This document shows positions 7,911 through 16,885 of a DNA stretch of 64,000 nt, in pieces. Location: contig JAKEEM010000010.1 in assembly GCA_022616535.1 (NCBI GenBank), positions 21,769-85,768 of the forward strand, in the 5' to 3' direction. Source of the stretch: Chlorobiota bacterium (lineage in GTDB: Bacteria; Bacteroidota; Ignavibacteria; Tepidaquicellales; OLB5). Within the stretch, counting starts at the first letter, position 1; each line of letters begins with the position of its first letter. A program made the position numbers and the translations under genes. The notes below the pieces were generated by a model, which saw nothing but the letters and a program-made list of their open reading frames with translations, was not told the origin of the DNA and made no database searches.

Positions 7911-10900
7911 TGGACTTTCACAACTTCCTTTTGTTCTATATAAAATAAATACTTTTCCGTAACTTCGTATCCGATTTTCTCAAGAATCCCGGCGTATAAA
8001 TTGACCTGCTTTTTATGTTCATCACTTTGCCTGCCAGTCTTATAATCAATTATTATGACTTCATTATCTTTTAGCAGGACTCTGTCAGGTCTATACACCT
8101 CTCCGCTTGGAAGCAGCAATTCTTCTTCAGCTTTGACTTCGTAAGTGTTATCGAACCATTTTTTCACTTCACTCGTTTTCATAATTTCATTAAGCTCATT
8201 CGTTAGTGTTTCAATGTCGGATTCAGTAACTAATCCTTCCGTCTTGAGCTGCAAAACAACTTTTTGAGTGTCTTCGTGTGATTTGATGTATTCAAGCGCC
8301 TTATGCATAATTATTCCCCTGTTTCTATGCCATGAAAGCTCTTTTTCTTTTTGGAGAGTCAGCGAAATGCCCGATGAAAGCGGTTTTATTACGGCCTTTT
8401 TGTAAAAATCTGTAGTTGTTATTTCGCCTATTTTGTATGGCGGATTTTCCGGCTCTCGTTGAATATGCTTTGACTTTATTCCGAATTCATAATTATAGGC
8501 GTCAAAACTATTCATAAAATCAAGCCTGCTCACGGCAAGTTTTACAAGCTGGGCTGTATTTATAGATTTGCCTCCCTCAAGCGCAGTATTCAGCCTTTCA
8601 ATATCAAAGTTTTCAAAGCCTGATTTGGGGCAAATGACGTAAAGTCTTTCCTCTGCCCTTGTAAACGCTACGTAAAGCAGGTTTAAATTATCAATATTCG
8701 ATAATACTGACTCCTCAGAAAAATCCTTTTCAAAATAGCTCTTTTTCAGTGTTCTTGCGGGTCTGAGAAAATAAGCCTGTGATTCATTAAACGGGGCTTG
8801 AGAGGCCGATGCCCAGATTAAATCCCTCATTCCGTTTATATCTACATCCCAGTTTGCATAGGGGATAATTACAACGGGACTTTCCAAGCCTTTAGCTTTG
8901 TGAATTGTCATAATTCTAACGGCATCTTCCTGCTCCGGAGTTATAATTGAGCAATCTTTTTTGTTTTTATAGTTTTCCCACCATTCTAAAAATCCCGTTA
9001 AATCCGAATTATTTTTTTTAGAATATTCCTGAACTATTTCAAGGAACCTGAGCAGGTATGAATCCGCGGTTTTATTTAAACCGAATATACTTATTAAATT
9101 TTCCGCAAGCTCGTAAATATTTAACGCGAACAGCTTGGAATTTATTCTCCCTTTTTCCTCTCCGAAAAACTCCTCCGGCAATTCTGTTTCAAACAAGCAG
9201 CCGCCCTGTTTTTTGTAATCATTAAAAATTTCGTTCAATCCAAAATCACCGTTCTTAATATAAGTGAGATAATTATACAGCACTTCCGTTTTAGCAAGCT
9301 CATTTTTGTTATCGACGATATATTTAAAAAGATTGAGAAGTATCTTAATTTTGGGTGAATTTGAAAGCAACAGCGATTCGTTTGAAATTACTCTTATCCC
9401 GGCAAATGTTAAATATCTTGCAATCTCGCTTCCGTGTGAATTTTCCCTTACCAGAATCATTATATCTTTTTGCTTAAACCCTTCATCGAGCGATTCTTTA
9501 ATTATGTCAATAGTCTTTGCAACGGCTCTTTCTTTCGGACTTGTAACTTCATCTTTTGAATCAATAAATGAAATACCGATATAACCGCCGTTTGTGCCCC
9601 TGGTATCTTTCTGCACAACGTCATAGTATGATTCATTGATTAAATAACCACCACTGTTTTCACCTCTTTGAGACAGGATTTGCGCAGCCTTTTTGAAAAA
9701 CTCATTATTGAATTTAATGATTTCTTTTTTGCTTCGGAAGTTTTCATCAAGGTACCTGTCTTCTATGCTCTCTTTGAACGCTCCAAGGTCTTTGTAAATT
9801 TCCTTAAGCAGAAGCATCATATTTCCGTTTCTCCACCTGTAAATGGATTGCTTTGCGTCGCCGACAACCATAGAAAAATTGTTTTCGCTTAGGGAATTTT
9901 CCACGAGCGGCTTTAGGTTCTTCCATTGAAACGTGGAGGTATCCTGGAACTCGTCGATTAAAAAGTTATTATAAACATTTCCTATTTTTTCATAAACAAA
10001 TGGACTATTATCATCCGAAATTACGGACATTAAAATATTATTAGTATCAGAAATGAGCATTAAACGGTTTTCATCGCGGTATGAGGTTAACTTTTTCAGC
10101 AAGTCCTTAAGTATTCCCATTACGTGAATGGTTTTAGTGAGCGATTTAGCCGTGTTGTAGTGTAAATGGTTTTGGTTATAATAATCAACTGCATTTCTCA
10201 AAACTTGGTGCAAACCGTCTTCAACTGCCAAGCGGGTGTTTGGATGAAACTTTTTAGCATACATGTTTTTAGGGTCGTTATAAGCATCCAAAACTCTTGG
10301 AGTGGGTTCGAAATCATCTTTTCTGATTTTATTCAGCAAATAATTCATAAATCCTTGTTTCCCGAAGGAAAAATCCGATATTGTAAGATTATATTTATTA
10401 ATAATTTCTTGAGCCTCATCTGAAAAACGCTTCATTTGGCCCTCAAAACTGCTTGTTATTTCAAAAAGCTTATTTATGAAGCTTTGGACTTTCTTTAGGT
10501 CAGACCCTAAATCAATTTCATTTCCCTTTTTTATCCAGTAGCGTTCTTTGAAAATCTCATCTGCAATATCCTTTATTTTAAATTCTATTTTCCAGCCCTT
10601 GTTGTCGTCTATGCTGTAAAATGCATAATCCTCGAGATATCGGGTTAAATCCATGTTTTCACCGATTTCATCAAGAAGCTCGTCAAGAATCTTTCCCATT
10701 ACCAAATCTTGGTCAAGCTCAACGTTATAGCCAAGATGAAGCTTAAGCTCCTTCGCAAAGCTTCTTATGACTTTATGAAAAAAACTGTCTATTGTTGTAA
10801 CTGAAAAGTAAGAATACCGGTGCAGGATTTTTTGAAGGACTTCCCTTGCTTTTTGTTTTATATCCCCTTTTACACCTTCGGAAATAAGCTGTTCTTTGAG

Positions 10901-11104
10901 GCTCTGCTCTTCACCCTGTGATAAGCCCGCCAGTTGGTTAATTATGCGGTCTTTCATTTCCTCAGCCGCTTTATTGGTAAATGTTATTGCCAGCGTATGT
11001 CGGAAATTCTCGGAATTATTAAGCACAAGCTTAAGGTATTCCTTAACCAGGGTGTAAGTTTTGCCTGAGCCGGCTGAGGCCTTATATATAAGAAAATTTT
11101 TCAC
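7907..11104 (-). CDS. AddA-like UvrD/Rep-family helicase with C-terminal PD-(D/E)XK nuclease domain
   Basis: 1065 aa. Walker A ASAGSGKT, IDEFQDTS, C-terminal IIIDYKTG nuclease motif. ATGA overlap with the downstream AddB-like gene. Confidence 0.9.
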   Translation of the reverse strand: MKNFLIYKASAGSGKTYTLVKEYLKLVLNNSENFRHTLAITFTNKAAEEMKDRIINQLAGLSQGEEQSLKEQLISEGVKGDIKQKAREVLQKILHRYSYFSVTTIDSFFHKVIRSFAKELKLHLGYNVELDQDLVMGKILDELLDEIGENMDLTRYLEDYAFYSIDDNKGWKIEFKIKDIADEIFKERYWIKKGNEIDLGSDLKKVQSFINKLFEITSSFEGQMKRFSDEAQEIINKYNLTISDFSFGKQGFMNYLLNKIRKDDFEPTPRVLDAYNDPKNMYAKKFHPNTRLAVEDGLHQVLRNAVDYYNQNHLHYNTAKSLTKTIHVMGILKDLLKKLTSYRDENRLMLISDTNNILMSVISDDNSPFVYEKIGNVYNNFLIDEFQDTSTFQWKNLKPLVENSLSENNFSMVVGDAKQSIYRWRNGNMMLLLKEIYKDLGAFKESIEDRYLDENFRSKKEIIKFNNEFFKKAAQILSQRGENSGGYLINESYYDVVQKDTRGTNGGYIGISFIDSKDEVTSPKERAVAKTIDIIKESLDEGFKQKDIMILVRENSHGSEIARYLTFAGIRVISNESLLLSNSPKIKILLNLFKYIVDNKNELAKTEVLYNYLTYIKNGDFGLNEIFNDYKKQGGCLFETELPEEFFGEEKGRINSKLFALNIYELAENLISIFGLNKTADSYLLRFLEIVQEYSKKNNSDLTGFLEWWENYKNKKDCSIITPEQEDAVRIMTIHKAKGLESPVVIIPYANWDVDINGMRDLIWASASQAPFNESQAYFLRPARTLKKSYFEKDFSEESVLSNIDNLNLLYVAFTRAEERLYVICPKSGFENFDIERLNTALEGGKSINTAQLVKLAVSRLDFMNSFDAYNYEFGIKSKHIQREPENPPYKIGEITTTDFYKKAVIKPLSSGISLTLQKEKELSWHRNRGIIMHKALEYIKSHEDTQKVVLQLKTEGLVTESDIETLTNELNEIMKTSEVKKWFDNTYEVKAEEELLLPSGEVYRPDRVLLKDNEVIIIDYKTGRQSDEHKKQVNLYAGILEKIGYEVTEKYLFYIEQKEVVKVQ

Positions 11105-11171
11105 GTAGATTTCGTAAAAATAAGGAAAATGCAGTTTTAGAAACAGGAATAAATCATACTTTACTTAAAAC

Positions 11172-11195
11172 AAAAAGGCAGCCAAGCTGCCTTTT
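11172..11195 (-). terminator. rho-independent terminator (bidirectional shape)
   Basis: AAAAA GGCAGC CAA GCTGCC TTTT, placed just after the 11219-12115 gene on the minus strand. Confidence 0.75.
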
Positions 11196-11218
11196 AAAAT
11201 GTAATATTATGACTTACT

Positions 11219-12115
11219 TTAAAATGTAAACGTTAAGCCTGCCTTGTATGAATCGAACAGGAGCGGCTCAGCACTGTTGAAAGGCCAGTTCATTTTCTCC
11301 TTCCTCAGCTCGTATAACCCGTATGATAAGCCGCTTTTAAGAACAAAGCTTACAATCGGCGCAGCTGCCGGGGTGGATTTTAATACAGCGTTTACAAACC
11401 CGTCAATTAATGACTGTCCAGCCGTTTCAATTATAATGCTTCCCAAATGCTTCAATATGAGGTGCCTCGGGAAAACAATTGTCCTGTCATAAGATGCCTG
11501 CAGATTTACAATACTGCCCACGGGGATAATAATTCCTCCTTCGGCTGTTGAGCCAAAACGAAGTGTTTTATCGAAATCATCAAGCTTTCTGAAGGTATGA
11601 CCTTCCAATTCAAAAGTGTATATTTTGGCACCGTAATCATATCTTGTCCACGTAAATGAATTTGAGTTATAAAGTAAAAGCGATGCTTTGTTTCCGAGCT
11701 TATAGCCGTAACCTCTTGATGAACCAAATCCAAAACGCAATGTGGATTGCGCACCGCTTGTTGAATTGCTTGCTCTAATGTTGCTCGATATGAAAGCACC
11801 GTGCAGAAAATTATTTTTGTATATAACTACGTTTTGGTTCCTTACATCTTTTTCTTTATGCCAGCCAATTTTAAGCTCGAAAATTCCGGCGTCAAGTACA
11901 TTTGAGCTGTAATTTTCCAGTGATGCGTCGCTTTGCCCGTAGGCAGCTTCAATGCTCGGGCTGCCCTTATAGAAAAAACCGTCCTCTATGAAATGATAAT
12001 CAAATCTCCAGCGTTTCTTGGATTTCTTCTCAGTTGAATCGTTTTCCTGGGCGGTTAGATTCATACAAAGAGTAAAAATTAAAAGTAAAATGATGAAAAT
12101 ATTACTTTTTTTCAT
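11219..12115 (-). CDS. secreted/outer-membrane protein of unknown function
   Basis: Start placed at MKKSNIFIILLLIFTLCMNLTAQ (signal peptide). Beta-rich sequence ending ...AGLTFTF, a C-terminal aromatic typical of barrels. Confidence 0.6.
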   Translation of the reverse strand: MKKSNIFIILLLIFTLCMNLTAQENDSTEKKSKKRWRFDYHFIEDGFFYKGSPSIEAAYGQSDASLENYSSNVLDAGIFELKIGWHKEKDVRNQNVVIYKNNFLHGAFISSNIRASNSTSGAQSTLRFGFGSSRGYGYKLGNKASLLLYNSNSFTWTRYDYGAKIYTFELEGHTFRKLDDFDKTLRFGSTAEGGIIIPVGSIVNLQASYDRTIVFPRHLILKHLGSIIIETAGQSLIDGFVNAVLKSTPAAAPIVSFVLKSGLSYGLYELRKEKMNWPFNSAEPLLFDSYKAGLTFTF

Positions 12116-12186
12116 AGTTTTAATGCCTCCGCTAACCAATAAGACGCCTCTTAATACTAAAAGGTTTCATTAGCTTTGTTTAAAAC

Positions 12187-13128
12187 TTATGTCAATTTCT
12201 TCAAAAAAGGGTGATAATCGTCTTTTAAACCAATCGGTATTGAATTTCTGATTTCATATACCGCCTCAATTGAGGGCTTTGTCTCATCAATGCTGAAACC
12301 CTTTCCTTCTAGAATTTCCTTATAGCTTATGGTGTGAAGGTCTGTAAAACCCTCGGAAAATTCAATTTCCTCACCGTTAATAGTAATTGAGCGGTAAGTT
12401 TTCTCACCCGATTGTAAATCGTTTTTATCAATAGAAAGGAACCATTTTACATTTGCATTTTCCAGCTCAAGGAGTCCGCCTGCTTTATCGGTTTTGTAAT
12501 GATGAACTATGTTTGACTTTGCCTTACCGAAAATCCACGTAAGCATATCGAAGAAATGAATCCCGATGTTCATTGCAATACCCCCTGATTTAACCAAATC
12601 GCCCTTCCACGAATAATGATACCACTTGCCGCGGGGAGTAATGTATGTTAAAACTACATCGTATTTTTTATTTTTTTTAGCTCCTTCAAATTTTTTCTTA
12701 AGTGCAATAATTGACGGGTGAAGGCGAAGCTGGAGGATTGTAAAAACTCTTTTGCCTGTTTCTTTTTCCAGTGATTTCAGCGCGTCGGCGTTCCAGGGAT
12801 TTAATACGAGCGGTTTTTCGCATATTGCATTTGCGTCTGCTCTTAATGCAAATCGTATATGAGCATCGTGTAAATAGTTCGGGGAGCATATGCTTACATA
12901 CTGAATTCTGCTGTCTTCTCCCTTTCTGCGCAGCTTTTCAACATGCCTATCGAATCTTTCGAATTCCGTAAAAAAGCTCGCTTCGGGAAAGTAGCTGTCA
13001 ACAACTCCGACTGAGTCATTGGGGTCTAAAATTGCAGCTAGATTTTGTCCGTTGTCTTTAATCGCTCTCAAATGCCTTGGCGCGACAAATCCCGCCGCCC
13101 CGATTAATGCAAAATTATGTTTTTCCAT
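12187..13128 (-). CDS. wbpB: Gfo/Idh/MocA oxidoreductase, WbpB-like UDP-2-acetamido-2-deoxy-glucuronate dehydrogenase
   Basis: NFALIGAAGFVAPRHLRAIKD...SICSPNYLH...ICEKPL closely follows the WbpB pattern as I recall it. Confidence 0.7.
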   Translation of the reverse strand: MEKHNFALIGAAGFVAPRHLRAIKDNGQNLAAILDPNDSVGVVDSYFPEASFFTEFERFDRHVEKLRRKGEDSRIQYVSICSPNYLHDAHIRFALRADANAICEKPLVLNPWNADALKSLEKETGKRVFTILQLRLHPSIIALKKKFEGAKKNKKYDVVLTYITPRGKWYHYSWKGDLVKSGGIAMNIGIHFFDMLTWIFGKAKSNIVHHYKTDKAGGLLELENANVKWFLSIDKNDLQSGEKTYRSITINGEEIEFSEGFTDLHTISYKEILEGKGFSIDETKPSIEAVYEIRNSIPIGLKDDYHPFLKKLT

Positions 13129-13203
13129 TAATTTTTAATGTAATTCACAAAAATAGCAAAAATTATATTAGGGTTACATATTGAAAATTTTACCTTTGCG
13201 GGC

Positions 13204-13231
13204 AAATAAAAACCCTGAAAAAATTCAGGGT
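13204..13231 (-). terminator. rho-independent terminator
   Basis: ACCCTGAA AAAA TTCAGGGT hairpin, with a T-run on the minus strand right after the 13261-14151 gene. Confidence 0.75.
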
Positions 13232-13260
13232 CTAAATAAAAAGAATAATGACTTACTGAA

Positions 13261-14151
13261 TTATTTTTTCGTGATTGTAATATTGCCGGCAGAAGTTGTG
13301 CATTTAAAAGCTTCTCCGCCGCCGTTGAACTTTGCTTTTACGTATGAGTAGATTTTATTTTTCGTTTCAACGGGTGCAAAATCACATCTTACTTTGCCTG
13401 CAAGAGTGCCGATATCTGCATCTGCATTAAAATCCGAAGGAAGTGTTGCTGTGATATTTCCGCCTAGGGTGCTTAGGTCAATTCCCATGTTCTTGCCCGA
13501 ATAATCAAGTCTTATATTGCCTCCCGCAGTGGAAGCGTCGATTTTTCCGTCACTTCCGGTGAGATTAATATCTCCGCCTGCTGTAGAAGCATCAACATTG
13601 CCGCTGAAATCGAAAATTAAAATCTTACCACCGGAAGTGGAGGCAGTTATATCGCCCCGTGATTTTTCGATTGAGATGTTCCCCCCCGCTGTATAAGCTT
13701 CTATATTTCCTTCAGTGTTTTCAAGCTTAATGCTTCCGCCCGAGGTGTTCGCTTCGATTTTACCGTTTAGATTGGTTACCTCAAGGCTTCCTCCGCTTGA
13801 AAACAGCTTTACATTATAACTTTCGGGAACCATGATCTCAACCCTGAGAGTCAGGTTTTTAAAATTGCCTGATTCTTTTTTCTTGCCTTCGACTTTAACC
13901 CCTGATCCGGTGTTTTCGGCAATAAAAATTACCTTTTCCTCAGCTTCATCGTTGCCGTAGACTTTAACATTTACCTCATGATTAGCCCATGTTGTAACGG
14001 TTACCCCACCTGCAATCAGACTTGTAATAAGCTCTTTTCCAGGTTCGGTTTGAAGGGTTTTTTCAAACAGCAGCCGCGCGTCGTCGGCAATAAGCTTAAC
14101 TGAGGCGAAGCTTAATACAATTGCTATTATAAATAAATTCAAAAGTTTCAT
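13261..14151 (-). CDS. DUF4097-type repeat protein (putative adhesin / LiaG-like), secreted
   Basis: Signal peptide, then repeated units GGSIKLEN/AGGNISIE/SGGKILIF/AGGDINLT/AGGNIRLD. Confidence 0.7.
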   Translation of the reverse strand: MKLLNLFIIAIVLSFASVKLIADDARLLFEKTLQTEPGKELITSLIAGGVTVTTWANHEVNVKVYGNDEAEEKVIFIAENTGSGVKVEGKKKESGNFKNLTLRVEIMVPESYNVKLFSSGGSLEVTNLNGKIEANTSGGSIKLENTEGNIEAYTAGGNISIEKSRGDITASTSGGKILIFDFSGNVDASTAGGDINLTGSDGKIDASTAGGNIRLDYSGKNMGIDLSTLGGNITATLPSDFNADADIGTLAGKVRCDFAPVETKNKIYSYVKAKFNGGGEAFKCTTSAGNITITKK

Positions 14152-14221
14152 TTTTTCATCCTTTTATCAAAATTAACGAATTTCTTTTAATGATATGATG
14201 AAATAAAAGGGTGTTTGGTTT

Positions 14222-14258
14222 AAATAAAAACCCGCTACTATTGTTATAGGAGCGGGTT
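14222..14258 (-). terminator. rho-independent terminator
   Basis: AACCCGCT...AGCGGGTT: 8-bp stem with a 14-nt loop, followed on the minus strand by TTTTATTT. Downstream of 14303-14506. Confidence 0.6.
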
Positions 14259-14302
14259 CAATCCGCCTAAAAAGGGGGATTTAGCACATAACCCAAAACA
14301 GA

Positions 14303-14506
14303 TTATGGGGTCATAAACTGCATGAGTTTTGACTGCAGGCTCATATCGGAGCTTAACTTTGGATACCAGTATGCACCGTATTTTCTCCATGTATCCATGT
14401 TAATCCCGAACGGCTTTAAAGTTTCTTCGTTAATCGGAGTGCCTTTTAAAGAAGTCGCGTGGATTTTTGCAAACTCCTCAAAAGTACAAGGTTCTTTTTC
14501 TTCCAT
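14303..14506 (-). CDS. small hypothetical protein (67 aa)
   Basis: ORF only. Last gene of a tightly packed minus-strand cassette and followed by a terminator. Confidence 0.45.
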   Translation of the reverse strand: MEEKEPCTFEEFAKIHATSLKGTPINEETLKPFGINMDTWRKYGAYWYPKLSSDMSLQSKLMQFMTP

Positions 14507-14535
14507 TTTATAATTTCCTTTCCGTTATAAATTTT

Positions 14536-14727
14536 TTAAAGATTCTTTAATACCATAAAACCAACAAACAAAATTACTCCAATAATTATCATAGCTGCAA
14601 GCCCGTAGAAGAGTACTGAAATAAATACACCGGTTTTAAACTGGCTGATTTTCTGGTTTGCGTAGTTTTCTGCAGTCCTGTTAAAATCCAGGTTTGAAGT
14701 GCGTCGGAATAAATTTAATATGTTCAT
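14536..14727 (-). CDS. small membrane protein (63 aa, one TM helix)
   Basis: C-terminal hydrophobic stretch VFISVLFYGLAAMIIIGVILFVGFMVL. There is an 8-nt gap to the upstream gene. Confidence 0.5.
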   Translation of the reverse strand: MNILNLFRRTSNLDFNRTAENYANQKISQFKTGVFISVLFYGLAAMIIIGVILFVGFMVLKNL

Positions 14728-14735
14728 GGCTTTAT

Positions 14736-15143
14736 TTAAATTATTTCAACTTCGTTTGAAGCAATTACAGTTCCGTCCTTTTTGAGGCAGCTCACTTTGA
14801 ATTTACCTTTGTTACTGAACTCGACATCATCAAAGTGGATGTAGTCCCAGCCCGGCTGAACTGTAAACGGTACGGTTTCAACGGCGTTGCCGGATGATAA
14901 ATCAGTTATGTTTATATCCACCTCACTCACTCCTATTGATTTAGTTAGCTTAAGCATTACGGTAATTTTTCCAGACTGAAACTGGGTCCCTTCGCCGATT
15001 TCAGTCGCAACATATCTTTCGCAGAAGTAAAGCCTGTCACCTGAGATTTTCTCAGTCAGCTGCTGAACCTGCTTAAGCCTTCCGCATCCTGAAAAGACTG
15101 TGATTAATGCAATAATTAAAAGTGCTGCTTTTGTTATTTTCAT
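14736..15143 (-). CDS. small lipoprotein (YFCERY domain), paralogue of 406-810
   Basis: Lipobox-like LITVFSGC, and by-eye alignment with the 406-810 product. Confidence 0.7.
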   Translation of the reverse strand: MKITKAALLIIALITVFSGCGRLKQVQQLTEKISGDRLYFCERYVATEIGEGTQFQSGKITVMLKLTKSIGVSEVDINITDLSSGNAVETVPFTVQPGWDYIHFDDVEFSNKGKFKVSCLKKDGTVIASNEVEII

Positions 15144-15174
15144 TGTTGATTTTCCTCCTGTATTGTTGTTTTGA

Positions 15175-15588
15175 TTATTGCATAATTACTATTTCGGAGG
15201 TATTGGCGGCGTTGTATTTAATGCTCAGCTTATCTCCGACTCTCGGAATTGCAATTTTAGATACAGGTGTTTCCACTTCGGTCTGAAATGCGGGACCAAA
15301 CTGCGGGGTAACGTTAAGCTTCATCTTAACGACTGGATTAAAATTAACAAGCGCACCTGTATCAGCAATTCTAAGCACTTCCGCCGTAGCGGGAAGACCC
15401 GTTGCCGCTACATTGTTATAGTCAGAATATTTTTTTGCCATATCCAGACCGTGGTTAATTTTGTTTAAATTCTCCTGACCCACAAATGCTTTTGTTAAAA
15501 AGCCGGTTAACCCTTTGTTAACAGTTTTATCGGCCTGTTCAATTGCTTTTTTAGGGTTATCTGTGTTCTTTTTTCCGAATCCAAACAT
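15175..15588 (-). CDS. hypothetical protein (137 aa from MFGFGKK)
   Basis: ORF only, with the start moved to the ATG at 15588. No motif recognised. Confidence 0.5.
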   Translation of the reverse strand: MFGFGKKNTDNPKKAIEQADKTVNKGLTGFLTKAFVGQENLNKINHGLDMAKKYSDYNNVAATGLPATAEVLRIADTGALVNFNPVVKMKLNVTPQFGPAFQTEVETPVSKIAIPRVGDKLSIKYNAANTSEIVIMQ

Positions 15589-15652
15589 TGTTTTGTTTCC
15601 TTTCTGTTTTTGGTTTGTGATTTTGTTAATAATTTGTATCAATGATTGTTTT

Positions 15653-15931
15653 TTATTGAAAATTTGTTTCGTTTATATTATCTAAAGATAACGTGTCTCT
15701 TAAATCAAACATCTCAGGATTTCCTCTTTTAACTACTTCAACCAATTTCAAGCGGTTTAAAGATTTTAATCTTTTTTCTCTTGCCATAGCTGCCCTGATA
15801 TTTTTTTTTACTTCGTAATAAACCAGCTTCTCGTCTTTTAGCCCGGGACTTGAATAAACCCGGTTTGATATTTCCACCACCATTTTTTTATTCTTCAGCT
15901 GCCTTATGCAAATTATGAATTCTCTTTCCAT
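15653..15931 (-). CDS. GIY-YIG nuclease family protein, apparently degenerate
   Basis: C-terminal half KLVYYEV...AMAREKRLKSL...NPEMFDL matches the small GIY-YIG (COG2827-type) pattern. The N-terminal GIY/YIG positions read IICIR/MVVEIS, and this region looks about 10 aa short. Confidence 0.55.
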   Translation of the reverse strand: MEREFIICIRQLKNKKMVVEISNRVYSSPGLKDEKLVYYEVKKNIRAAMAREKRLKSLNRLKLVEVVKRGNPEMFDLRDTLSLDNINETNFQ

Positions 15932-15960
15932 AAATCTTAAATAAGTATCTTATTTTTATA

Positions 15961-16013
15961 CAGCCCCGTCCTTTTTCGGACGGGACTGTGATGCCTGCCT
16001 CTGGAAGGCAGGC
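15961..16013. repeat. two adjacent GC-rich hairpins (REP-like)
   Basis: CAGCCCCGTCC TTTTTC GGACGGGACTG (15961-15988) and GCCTGCC TCTGGAA GGCAGGC (15993-16013). The second is related to the hairpin at 34586-34608. Confidence 0.6.
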
Positions 16014-16055
16014 GGGGGTATCTTGTTTATTTAACAAGACTCATTTTTCAAAGAA

Positions 16056-16538
16056 TTAATAAATAAATTCTTTTTTGTTTTCAATTAAAGTATCGGTTTC
16101 TGCATTGTATAAAACAACGGTTTCCTGCTCATCGGCTCCTGTTCTTGTTACGATTGCAAGAGCAGGCTTAGTTTTACTCAGGTTAACGGGTACGTGCGGG
16201 ACATCAGCATCTATATAAACGAAATCACCCTTCTTGCAAAACGATGATTGATTCAAATATCTGCCGTAAAGCACTTCAACCGTACCTTCCATTATGTAAA
16301 TTGCGGATTCAAATCCTTTATGAACGTGCGCCACACCCTGCCCGCCTGCTGGAATGATGCATAAGTTCATGCATATGCCCTTTGAACCGGCTGTATTTTT
16401 TGATATGCCGATAAAATGAGGAAGATTCTGTTTTGTTAATAATTCTTCCTCCGGAGTTATTACCTTCAAATTATCCTTGTTATCCAGAATATCATCTATA
16501 AACACGTTTGATTTTTTTTCTTTGATCGGAGTAAACAA
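16056..16538 (-). CDS. cupin domain protein
   Basis: GVAHVHKGFESAIYIMEGTV...GDFVYIDADVPHVPVN: two His-containing cupin motifs. Confidence 0.7.
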   Translation of the reverse strand: MFTPIKEKKSNVFIDDILDNKDNLKVITPEEELLTKQNLPHFIGISKNTAGSKGICMNLCIIPAGGQGVAHVHKGFESAIYIMEGTVEVLYGRYLNQSSFCKKGDFVYIDADVPHVPVNLSKTKPALAIVTRTGADEQETVVLYNAETDTLIENKKEFIY

Positions 16539-16885
16539 TTTTTTCCTTTCGCTTTATTTAAATTAATTTTTTAGATTGCTACAAAAATAGTTTCAGTCCT
16601 TAAGCTAAACAAAGAAATGTTTAGGGTGTTGTTTTGAAAATGTTTTGAAATAATATGCCGCCTCAAAGACAAAATTGTTTTAAATTTATATTTTTAAAGG
16701 ATTTAATATGAGGAAACTTTTACTGAATGTTTTAAGAAACCAGATTTGGAATATTTTATAGAAATGTTTTAATTTTTGAATGCTGAGAGGGATTCAGGGT
16801 CTCAAAATTCTTAAAAATCCTGCAAAAATGCGTTTTTAATAGCAGAAAAGTAATTTATATTGTTGTTTTAACATCAATTTTATCA

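Noticed and set aside
11209-11218. Shared 10-mer ATGACTTACT (minus strand AGTAAGTCAT) directly after the stop codons of the 11219-12115 and 13261-14151 genes (second copy at 13248-13257). Each is followed by a terminator hairpin.
   Set aside because: There are only two copies and I cannot estimate background frequency without a genome-wide count. It may be chance in AT-rich DNA.
14229-14275. tRNA-like T-arm string GAGCGGGTTCAATCCGCC.
   Set aside because: No acceptor stem, D-arm or anticodon arm can be drawn around it. The same bases form the terminator stem for the 14303-14506 gene.
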